The notes under the pieces are model-generated. The model was given only the letters and a program-made list of their open reading frames with translations, was not told the DNA's origin and searched no databases. Made by a program: the position numbers and the translations under genes. 64,000 bases of DNA from Mobula hypostoma (taxonomy: Eukaryota), in assembly GCF_963921235.1 (NCBI RefSeq), contig NC_086097.1, positions 50,904,001 to 50,968,000 of the forward strand, written 5' to 3'. Shown one piece after another: positions 12,901 to 25,400 of this stretch. How positions within the stretch are numbered: position 1 is the stretch's first letter; the number at the start of each line of letters is the position of its first letter.

Positions 12901-15900
12901 CCTTGCCTATTGCCTGTTGCCGGGACTGGGGTCGAAGCACTCGGCCAAGATGGTGCTCAGTGCATCGGTGTCGGAGAGCTGGTCGGAGGCTCGGAGTTTT
13001 CGGACGGACTCGGAGTTGGACTGTGGTCGGATGTTTCCGGGATGCTGCACTGGCAAGTTTGCGGTGCTGGAGGTTTACCGTCTGTGTGAGATGATGGGAC
13101 TTTCGAGAGACTGAGACTTTACTGTGCCCATGGTCTGTTCTTATCAAATTATACGGTATTGTTTTGCACTGTTGTAACTATATGTTATAATTATGTGGTT
13201 TTTGTCAGTTTTTCAGTCTTGGTTTGTCATGTGTTTCTGTGATATCATTCTGGAAAAACATTGCATCATTTCTTAATGCATGCATTACTAAATGATAATA
13301 AGAGGACTGTGTATCCTCATAATCCAAGTCTAATCTAATCTAATCTAATCAATTTTTCATTGCCTGCAGTGAAAGAAATACACTATTTTCATAGGAAGTG
13401 AATTAAAGTGCCCTTATAAATTTCTAATTTTGCCTTTTTCATTTAAGCAGAAAACAATGACATGATATTAAATTTCAATAACCGAGCATAATTCATGTAT
13501 CATTCTTAGGCTCAGCCAAATGGATACACACCTGATAAAGACATTAAAATGTCATTGATCACATAAAGCCAGGTACATCTTCGAGGAAAAAGCTGGAAAA
13601 TACATCTGTATTAGTATGCGTTGAAAAATTCAAGAATAATTAAATGAAGCTTTTTTCGTGATTTTTATTAATGACCTGGATGTAGGGATAGAAGGGTGGG
13701 TTGGCAAGTTTGCAGACGACACAAAGGTTGGTGGTTTTGTAGATAGTGTAGAGGATTGTCGAAGATTGCAGACAGACATTGATAGGATGCAGAAGTGGAT
13801 TGAGAAGTGGCAGATGGAGTTCAACCTGGAGAAGTGTGAGGTGGTACACTTTGGAAGGACAAACTCCAAGGCAGAGTACAAAGTAAATGGCAGGATACTT
13901 GGTAGTGTGGAGGAGCTGAGGAATCTGGGGGTACATGTCTACAGATCCCTGGAAGTTGCCTCACAGGTAGATAGGGTAGTTAAGAAAGCTTATGGGGTGT
14001 AGGCTTTCATAAGTCGAGGGATAGAGTTTAAGAGTCGCGATGTAATGATGCAGCTCTATAAAACTCTGGTTAGGCCACACTTGGAGTATGGTGTCCAGTT
14101 CTGGTCGCCTCACTACAGGAAGGATGTGGAAGCATTGGAAAGGGTACAGAAGAGATTTACCAGGAACGTGCCTGGTTTAGAGAGTACGGATTATGATCAG
14201 AGATTAAGGGAGCTAGGGCTTTACTCTTTGGAGAGAAGGAGGATGAGAGGAGACATGATAGAGGTGTACAAGATATTAAGAGGAATAGACAGAGTGGATA
14301 GCCAGTGCCTCTTCCCCAGGGCACCACCGCTCAATACAAGAGGACATGGGTTTAAGGTAAGGGGTGGGAAGTTCAAGGGAGATATTAGATAAAGTTTTTT
14401 ACTCAGAGAGTGGTTGGTATGTGGAATGCACTGCCTGAGTCAGTGGTGGAGGCAGATACACTAGTGAAATTTAAGAGACTACTAGACAGGTATATGGAGG
14501 AATTTAAGGTGGGGGGTTATATGGGAGGCAGGGTTTGAGGGTCGGCACAACATTGTGGGCCGAAGGGCCTGTAATGTGCAGTACTATTCTATGTTCTATG
14601 TAACTAAGCTGGGGCACAAAACATCCCATTCTTCAAAATATGCTGTATTTCTAATTACCAACCCCTAACCACCATCACATCCAGACAGAGCAGAGATAAT
14701 CCATCATTCATACTCATCATGCTTACCTGCTCCATTGAAGCTTCATGAAGTTCATTCAGATTTAATGTATAAATGCCTTCATCAGTTCCAAAGATTAAGT
14801 ACTGATCTAATTTAAAGGGAAAAAAGACAGCATTCATGTATTTGTTTCAATACTATAAAACTACTTGATTAATATATCAATGCCAATGCAATCCCTGACT
14901 AGCTTTCATTACCTTTTGTCTCGGGATGTATCCAGGAGGTAGCACAATTTATCTTCAAAGGACACCCATCAAATACCTTAGTAAAACAGGCTCCCATCTA
15001 ATGTAAAACATATTGACACAATTGCAAATTTAAAGTCCAGAATAAATTTGTCAGTTAACAGTAAAGAATTGAAAGTGGTAGAAGACAAATGCATCTAATT
15101 AAGTCATAAAATACAGGACAAAAACAGGCCTTTCAGCCCAGCTTGTCCATGCTGACCAAGATGCCTATCTAAATCTAGTCCCATTTTTTGGCATTTTGCC
15201 CATTTTTCACTACACATTCTCCTTTTAAATGTTGCTGTTGTGCCTGGCTCAACCTCATTTCCTCTGACAGTTTGTTCCATATACACACCACTCTGTGTGG
15301 AGTTGCCCCTCAGGTCCTTTTTAAACCTTTCCCCTCTGATATTAAGCCCATGCACTCTCGCTTTTGATTCCCTTTCCCTGGGAAAAAAGACTGTATTCAC
15401 ATTATCTTTGCCCCGCATGATTTTATAAACCTCAATAAGGTCACCTCTCAGTCTCCTGTACTCCAAGGAACAAAGCCCTAGCTTGCCAAACTTCTCCCTG
15501 AAACTCAAGCTTTTTGAGCAATATTCTGATAATTTTTGTTTTGCACTCTTTCCAGCTTAATGACATCATTCCTAGAATAACCAAAACTATACAGAATATT
15601 CCAGCATCATCAATTACAACATAATACTCTTAACTCCTATACTTAGTGCCCTGACTCATGAAGGCAGCATGCAAACACCTTCTTCATTACCTGTTTACCT
15701 GTGATGCCACTTTCAGGGAACCTTGTACTTGTACTCCTGGGTCCCTTTACTCTATAGCACTTCTGAGCCCAAATTACCAACATGGCTATCATTAAAAGCA
15801 TATAATCACAATTTAATACTCCAAAGCACTGCTGAATTCAATATCAGAACATTTAATTGATTGCAGCATCTATTTATTTTCATTTGCCTGAACATTTTCA

Positions 15901-16391
15901 AACACTTCACACAAGTGAAATCAGCTGTACCTTGTTACAAGTTGAGAGGTGAGGGGGAGGGTGCAAGGGTGCTCAGGGAGGCATTTATATCAAATACAAA
16001 AGAGTGTTGCAGGTACTAGGGTAGGTAATGGAAACAGAAGAGAGGAAATTGTGTGGACTAGGTTAAGGCTGGGGCATTGTGCATTAAACAAAACATTGAA
16101 AATGATAGGGAAACACCAGACAGGATTGTGTGAGGAATGTCAGGAAGAGGAGTCAGTAGAACATGTAGTTTTGTGTTGCAGGAAGTATGGGAGACAGAGA
16201 GAGATGATGAGAATTAAACTAAGGGAGTTGGGGGTGCAGGAATTCACATTAAAAGGGTTGCTGGGCATGGGTGAGAGAGCACGTCCAGGTATTTTTAGCG
16301 TTTTTAAGGGGTACAGGGGTTTTTTATAGGATATGACGGATAAACAGGAATAGGGTACTAGGATGGTCAAAGATGGGAGGGTAAAGTGTAG

Positions 16392-16435
<44 letters not shown>

Positions 16436-19400
16436 ACGCGATTGGGTGAAGGAATTTAGATTATATGTCTAGTGCACATTCCGGAGCAGAGGGTGGCAGT
16501 AATGCACCATTAAGCTGGATGCCGACCTCCATAAAACAAGATACAGATAGACAGAGGGTGAAGGCAACAGGCAAGATGGTAGTGAAAAAGAAGATATGGC
16601 AGACATTGGAAGAAATTTGCATCCCTGTGCAGCTGTAATGACACGAAAGTAAGCTCCTAGACTGATCCCTATCTGAAGTAAGTATCTGTGTGACCCCTGC
16701 ATCTTTCCCAGTAAGTGTGGTGGGCCTTTACCCAAGGCCTTCAACTGGATGGGAGCTTCACTTTCTGTTAAAGCTATCATTTTTAATGATTTTTTAAAAA
16801 TAATTCTAACATCCAAAGCCATGCAAAAAAAATCCTATGCAATCATTTGGATGTGTACTGCATGCTACTTTGCACACCAGTGATGTAATTTCACCATCAC
16901 CCGACTCCCTCTTCAATTGGAGCCTTGATTTCCTGACCAACAGTCTGCAATCCGTAAGGAGAGTCAGCAACACCTCTACCATGATTATTCTAAACACTGG
17001 TGCACCACAAGGTTGCATCTTCAGCCCCTGCTAATCCCCCTGTGCACTCATGTCTGCATGGCAACTCTGCCCCAACTCAATTTACATGTTTGGAGGTGTA
17101 CCAAAATAGTGGGCCACATCTCAAATAACGATGAGTTGGAGTAAAGGAAGGAGATACAGAACCAAGTAACATGGTCATGACTACAACCTCAATATCAGCA
17201 AAACAAACTCTGACCTTTGACTTCACGAAAAGCATGGGGGTGGGGGATGCTCATTTCTACATCAATGGTGTTGAGGTTGAGAGGGCTGACAGCTTCAAGT
17301 TTCCTAGGAGTGAACATCACGAGTCTACCCTTGTCTAACCACATGGACATCATAGCAAAGACAGCTCAGCAGCAACTCTACTTCCTCAAATGATATGTCC
17401 CCACTGACACTTACCAAATTTTACCAATGCACCATGGACAGCATCCTATCTGGATGTATAATGGCTAGGTATGGCAAATGCTCTATTTGTGACAGCAAGA
17501 AACCGTGGACATAGCTCAGTACATCAAAGAAACCAGTCTTCTCTCCATGGACTCCGTCTATAATTCTCGCTGCCTCAATAAAGCAGCCAGCATAATCAAA
17601 GCTCCCACCTACTCCAGATATTCTCTCTTCCAACTGGCAGAAGAGAGAAAGGCCACAATTTACATACCAGTAAGCTCAAGGTGAACTTCTACTCTGCTGT
17701 TATAAAGACCATTGAATAGTTCCCTAGTGTGATAAATTGGACTCTTGACTTCACAATCTACCTTGTTAGGATCTTGCAGTTTATTGTTTACCTACACTGC
17801 ATTTTCTCTGTAGCTGCGCTTTATTCCGCATTATTGTTTTACCTTGTTCTACCTCAATGGACTGTGCTCTGATCTGATCTGTATGAATTGTATGCAAAAC
17901 AGCTTTTCACAAGTGATAATAATAAACCAATTCCAATTGTACTTAGGTACACATGGTGCCACTCATGATCTGTCTTTGTTGTATAGAAAAAGAAACATGT
18001 CAGTAAGTGAGGTGTAGCCTCCAACATCTCTATAGCAACAAATAATCTTCCAGTTCTTGTCCTGTCCCTAAGGAATGTTTTGTGCTGATAATTAAGGTAG
18101 GACATATACAATGAATTGCAAGGCACCAGAGAATAATATGAAACAGAGCAAAATTGACGTACAAGTTCAAGGATCCGGAAAAGTAGCAGCAGAGGTAGAT
18201 AAGGCAGTGAAAAAGGCATTATGGATGATTGCAGAGGAGTTTCACCAAGTTGTTCCCTGGGATGTCAGTTATAAGGAAAAACTGCGGGGATACCTGATAG
18301 AGGCATACATAATTATGAGGTAGATAGCAGAGAAAAAAATATTCCCACAGTGAAATCTCTAAAATTAGAGAATACAGGACTCGTGCAAGGGTAAGAAATT
18401 TAGAGGGGATCTGAGGGGGGATTTTTTCCAGTCAGCAGGTGGTTAGAATCTGAGAAGGTAATGACGCAGACAGAGACACTTACATCATTTATAGTATCTA
18501 GACAAGCACTTGAATTGCCAAACCTTGGGTAACCACAAACCAAATGCCAGTAATTAGATTAAGACAGATGCTAGATAAATGCCATGAACATGGTGGACCT
18601 GTTGCTCTGCTGAAACACTCCAAATATTGTACTTACATGGACTTTTGGTGTTGGAGGAAGACCATTGGTAGCTGGCTTCTAAATAATAATAAAAAAATAA
18701 ATATTTAAAGAGATTCAATAGTAACATTATTTTTATAGGTACAAAACAACCCAATGTAACATGCCAAACAGTACCAAATCAAACATCTGTCTAGCAGCTG
18801 AAATGTCTAATCTGGTTGCATTCCCTGTTTAGATTAGATTCAACTTTATTGTCATTGTGCCAAGTACAGATACAAAGCCAATGAAATGCAATTAGCATCT
18901 GACCAGAAACGCAAAGAATAGTGTTATTTACAAAATAACTGCGAATAAAAAAAGCGCTACAGCACACAAATATAAAAGTACTGAGACAGTACAATACGGA
19001 TGCAATACTGCTTAGCGCCGTGATGAGAGGTTCAGCAGTATCACAGCCTCAGGGAAGAAGCTCTTCCTATGCCTGCTGGTGTGGGAGCAGAGGCTCCTGT
19101 AGCTCCTACCGGATGGGAGGAGAGTAAAAAGTCCATGGTTAGGGTGAGATGCATCCTTGATAATGCTTTTCGCCCTGCCCAGGCAGCGTTTATGGTAGAT
19201 GTTCTCAATGGTGGGCAATTGAGTGCCTATAATCCGCTGGGCAGTCTTCACCACACGCTGGAGTGCTTTGCGGTCCAATAGGGGACAATTGCCATACCAC
19301 ACTGAGATGCAGCTGGTGAGTATGCTCTCAATGGTACAGCGGTAAAGCAGCTGTGAGGGAGACCACGTAGAAGATAATTTATTGCTTTAACATTTTTAAT

Positions 19401-22400
19401 TGTTTAAATTGATTTTGGGGAATTTTGGTGAAAAGTGAGGTGGAGTAGGTAGGCAATTCAAGCATTTAGGTCTTTGACAGATGAAGAGATGAGATAGAAA
19501 TTATATTTGGCAATGAAGGGGCATGACTTAATGCAGCACAGATACGTTTTGAGGTGCTTTACACTGTAAGTAATTGTAGAGATAGGGAAGGGAAAGGCCA
19601 CTAAAGAACTTGTAAACATAAATAAGGTATTTAAAATTAAGATGCTGCTGAATTGGAAACTGATATTGAATAGGGAAGCAAGGACTCATGATTGATGGGA
19701 AGCAAGGACTCATGATTGATGGGAAGATGTGAGGTAGGTCACATAGTGGTGTTTACACAACAGAATGAATGAGGCTGTAATAGTTAAGATGCATTCCACA
19801 AGCATCTCAGCAACACAAGCTGAGACAGGCTCGAGTCAGGCAACACTACAAAAGTGGAAATAGGCAATCTTATTCATGACATTGAAGCTAAACACAGGAC
19901 AAAACTCTAGAGTAAAAAGAATACAAAGGAAATGTATTACAAAAGGAATTGATGTTTATGATATGCTGCACCGATATTTCAACAGACGTACCGATCATGT
20001 TGAGCTAGGTAGTGGCTTGGCCTATAACCTGTGCTTGCCTCCTCCCCCGCAATCCCATCAGTGGCACTTCCAATTCGATCAGAGGCATGATTGCAACTGC
20101 AAGCCCATGAAGTGGAATGAACCAGCTATTATTCACGTTCATGATGGTCAAAGGCTGTTTTATCAATTCTTAGAATCTCTGAGGCAGACTATTTGAACTG
20201 GTATTAACAATTTAAATATGTTAAACACTAGAAAATAGTTAAAACTGCTGTAACCATCCATACAACTGCATGCCCTCACGTTCCACTGTGTTGCTTGTTC
20301 GTTTGTTAACAATCTTGCATGTGCCTTGGCCATTTTTTCCTTGAAGGCCCTACATAAGTATTATTGCTGCAAATAAATCAGAACGAAAACAAAAAGAAAA
20401 CTTCTTCCCATTGTAATTAAGATCAGCGAACCCACTGAAATGAAGAGGGCTTTACAGGCAGTTCTGCTATAATGTGGCAGTTGTATTCCTAAGAAACCTT
20501 GTGTTATAGAAAATTGTATTATAAAAATAATTGTGTCATGGGCTAAAGAGGGTTAGGGACTAATGAATTTCAGACTCGTAATAAATAGTTATTTTTCCCT
20601 GCGGGTTTACAAATGTAGGATTTAAAAAGCATAAGTTTATTTTGTTACTTCAAGCTAAGAGAACTAAAGGCGGTATGCTCCATTCTCTAATAGACCAACT
20701 TTGCCCAAGTATCAATAGAAGCAATTACTTGTCCTTTACCAAAGTAACTCTCACAAGGAAGGCTATCATGGATCTGGACCAGCTGGAAAAATGGGCTGAA
20801 AAATGGCAGACAGGGGCGAGGTGTTGCACTTCAGTAGGACCAATCAGGGTGGGACTTACACAGTGAATGGTGGGGCACTGAGGATTGTGGTAGAAAAAAG
20901 GGATCTGGGAATAAAGGTCCATAATTCACTAGAAGTGGCATCACAGATAGGGTGGTAAAGAAAACTTTTGGCACATTGGCCTAATGGACACTCCTTTGCT
21001 TGCATCTTCAGAAACAGTTCTATTTCTATATTTAATATCTCTTTTTTTTTTACCTTTTCAGGGTTCTTTTGAAAACCCTGACCTTGAGTTACATGCTGAC
21101 TTCGGTTCTTTGCGGAAATGGGACTTCATGACTAGCCGTTTTTCAATATGCCAAGGACGTGGCCGAGAAGACTAGTGTGCCTTCAGATTTGAGGCTCTGG
21201 AGGCGGGTGGACTTGAGGTTGGTGCCACTGCCTGGTGTGTCATGGGAGACGGAAGATCAAAAGCAGCAAGCTGGCTGCATGCCCAGAGACCCGAGTTCTT
21301 TGGGCACAGAGCTTGGAAAAAGTGATGCAACAGACTTTAAACACCATCAGTCGGTGAGTGGTTTTGTTAGGTCTCCCTTCTCACTGTGAAACAAGGGCAC
21401 CTCTTTTCCCTTAAGGGGAGAGGGAGATGGAGGGGGGGGGAGAGAGACACTGTGGTATGTCGAAATACTGGGTGAATGAGTAGTCTTTGGGGTACTGCAA
21501 GTGCAGTGTCTTTACTGATGCTTTGCTGCACGCTTGAGTGCTTGGGATGGTACTGATGCTTTTTTGCTAGTGGGGGGGTCATTGCTTTGCTGCTGCTTAT
21601 GCGTAGGAGGGAGGAGCTAGGGGACTTTGGAGTTCTAACATTTAATGTCATACACTCTTTGAGGCACTCCTCCGTTTTCGTGGATGTTTGTGAAGAAAAA
21701 GAATTTCAGGATGTATATCGTATACATTTCTCTGACATTAAAAGTACCTATTCACCTATTAAATCAAAGTATTGAGTACAGGAGATGGGATGTTATGTTG
21801 AAGCTGTACAAGACACTGGTGAGGCCTAATTTGGAGTATTGTGTGCAGTTTTGGTCACCTACCTATGGGAAAAATGCAAGTAAGGTTGAAAGAGTAGACA
21901 AAATTTACAAGGATATTGCTAGATCTGGAGGACCTCAGTTACAAGGAAAGATTAATAGGTATTTTTTTTTAAGAATGTTGAGAGGAGATTTGATAGAGGT
22001 ATACAAAATTATGAGGGGTATAGATAAGGTAATGCAAGCAGGCTTTTTCCACTGAGGTTGTATGGGACTACAACCAGAGGACATGGGTTAAGGTTAAAGG
22101 GTGAAAGTTTCAGGGGAACATGAGAGGAAACTTCTTCACACAGAGGGTCGCGAGTGTGGACTGAGCTGCCAGCACAAGTGGTGCATGCAAGCTCAATTTC
22201 AACATTTAAGATAAGTTTGAATAGGTACATGAATGGGAGGGACATGGGGGGGCTATGGTCCCGGTGCAGGTCCTTGAGAGTAGACAGTTTAAATGGTTTG
22301 TCACAGACTAGATGGGCCGAAGGGCCTATTTTTGTGCTGTACTTTTCTATGACTTTATGATTCTATTAATAGCCTCCTAGAAGGCTGTTTCCATAAGAGA

Positions 22401-25400
22401 AGATGGTGTCTGATAACTATAGGGCTAGTTCCCAATCAAAATTGTGTAATGACCAATTCAACCTACGTAGCACAAAGTTCCCTAATTCACCAATTGTGCC
22501 ATGTCTGATTTACATTATAACACAGGTACAGTAGTTACATAATGTAAATCAGAGCTGAAAGTGGGATGCAAATTGTAACCAGCCACAAGGTCATTTTTAT
22601 GTTCTACACCTGATCAGTGTTAACCCCATAAGTGGAGCAGAAGATCAGACATTGTAATAGCAAGTACATATTGGCCTATTGACTTTAGAAATAGCAAGAA
22701 CCTTTAACAGAAAAATTCATCTGAAACCTGAGAGCCAGTTGTTTCTATAATAAAAAAGGCATATGCAGAATTTATATATATATTGCTTCAAGAGATGCAA
22801 TGATTTTATAAGATTGTTTAAAAACTATGTAGAGACGTACAGGGAAATCTTTTTTTTCTTTTCTTCGAGGTAATACTGGAGGATGTTCACCATTTAAGCC
22901 TGAAGGACCTTCTGAAACATTTGAACAAATACAAAACATATTACTCGTGACTGACAATATTTCTAAAGAGAAATGAACTCTAAATTACGTTGAACATTTT
23001 ATCAAGCTCCATGTACAAAAGCAGTTTGATCTACACCTCCCCGTAAAACTGCTCACACACAACCACTAAGAAATGAATATCCACATACAAAAACCTGCAA
23101 CAGCTGCTTGAAAAACTTTACAATCAGAATCATGGAATAAAGATGGTTCTCAAGACATTTGGGGAGGGCAAGTTATAATCTTAAGTTTTTAATAAAAAGA
23201 TTGAAATAAATAAATATGTGGGCTACTTGTTCAGCACACTAGAATTTTGGTTTCTTAGCTTCACTGTTATCCAGAAAATCATTAATTGCTTAATGATTTA
23301 TTTGCTTAATGGTTAAACCTTCGCTAATCAAACTACATGGCATTTAAAATTTAAAAAAATACACAAAAACTGGGCATCACTGGCAGGACCAAAGTGTAAT
23401 GCTTAGAAAGAAGATCAAGGTGAGCAGAACAAAGCAATTAAACAAGATGTAACTTAAAATATACTTAATGTCTATAAAACTGCAAACATCTGTTCAACAA
23501 TAAAGACCAAAAGATTGGACACATTCCTGTAATATAAATTAGCAACAGCTCTGTAAGCAAAAAAGATTTTTATTCATTCATTGTTTAGCTATAATGGGTA
23601 CATGTTTCTTTTGGTATTGATTTATTACTGTCACATGTATCAAGATACAGTGAAAGCTTTTGTTCATGTGACATTAGCAAAAAAAAGGAAAACCAAATTC
23701 AGATCATAATGCTGTTTTTGATCTTTTATTCTGTGTATTCTGATAAAATGGTCAATTTGGTCCAAAAACAATAATGTGTAAAAACTGCTTTTTGATAATT
23801 GATTCCAAGGCAATTGAATTGCACTTTCTTTTCCTGAAAAGCAAACTTTGCATGTGATTCTCATTTTTTTTTCAATTATGTACAAGTTAGACTAGGTCTG
23901 ATGTACAAATCCTACACACAAAAAAAAAATCTGAAACTGTTCACAGAGGATGCAAAAGCTTTATAGGCTTAAGAAGATTTCCTGCACTTAACAAATTAAT
24001 GGACAAGTATTTTTGAAGGTTTATTAGACTATTAATGGAGGGAAACCAACATTAATGAATTCCAAGTGCAAGCGAAAATATTCCAAAGTGGTGACTTTGC
24101 TGTTTCTATTCATTAACACTATTACATCCAGCAACTTAAAATAGTATTCCTCAGGACTTCACCAGAATGTGTTACTTGAAATCAACTGCAAGACAGAGAC
24201 CATGATTAGGCCAATGACACTGTTCTCTTTTACTACCAAAAAGTTGGGATTATAATGGAATTTAAAGAATATCAAGGATGCCTATAAATCAATTTATATT
24301 AGTTTAAAACCCACTTATCCTGTGGTGAACAGGAAGTACTACATGCTGACTATGTAGAGATATAAATAGGTAAGCTGCTTTACAGTGATCTGTATAGTGA
24401 ACCCCTTTTCACATTTAATTTCTTTACCTAAATCACAGGTTCTGGTATCAAGCAATCCTGGGCTACTGACGCTGTTAGAAAGGGCTGATTCAACCATCTC
24501 TGATTGATATAAGGATGTTGGAGTACTCTGTCTTCTTGGCACAGCTGATGGTCCATTTTTGGTACAAGGCTGCCGCTTGATCGTCAGAGAACTCTCTTCA
24601 TCTGGAAGATCTGAAACACTGCGCATTCTTGGCTATAAAAGTAATAGGTGATTTTAAGAAGAGGAAATATCCAGCTCTAGCTGATTCAGTTTCTTAAGCA
24701 AACCCTTTTCCAGTGCACTTGTAATAACAGCCAACTAATGAGCGGATTAGATTTGTCTCCCATTAAAACTGGTGGAAAGGAAAATCAGCGATTTTCAACT
24801 ACCATTTTTATACTTGAAGTTGAAAGATTTTGCATTTCCCCAACTGCCCTGAGGAGGTGATGGTGAACCGCCTTGTTGAACCATTGCAGCATCTGGTGGA
24901 AACATCCCACAATATTATTGGGCAGGAAAATCCAGGATTTAGACCCAGGAATAAAAGCCAGGATTACAGAATTACAAAAATAGTTATGAGCATTAAGCTT
25001 AACAAATCCATTCATTAATTTGTTTTTTGCAAATATAAATGAGAATCTATTCAAATGTTATTTTGAATAGGCTACAGCTAATAATATTAAGTAGCAGTAC
25101 TACTAATAAAATGTAGCAGTAATATACAGTTGATTACAAATTTATCATTATAAATAACTCAAAAAAGCAAATCACTATTGATTGAAAATGGTTGGATGCA
25201 ACAAACAGAAATCTACTCACAAATGTACTTAACCACATTCTCTTTCAATGTTAAAAATTAACCAGCAAGTTAAAAGTTCCTCTGTGATTTATGGCAAGTA
25301 GACTCACCTTTGGTGGAAGTGGAGGTGGAGTTACAACTGCTCTTTTAAGTGTCGACCTTATGGAAAACAGCAAGTATTTTAATATTTATCAAAGAGTACA

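Noticed and set aside
12689..13100. CpG-island promoter or first exon of a separate gene
   Set aside because: Short, runs into a LINE-like simple-repeat tail, and shows no convincing coding or splice structure; better explained as a retroelement.
19673..19726. CRISPR-like repeat array
   Set aside because: Head-to-tail 24-bp duplication without spacers, in a vertebrate intron.
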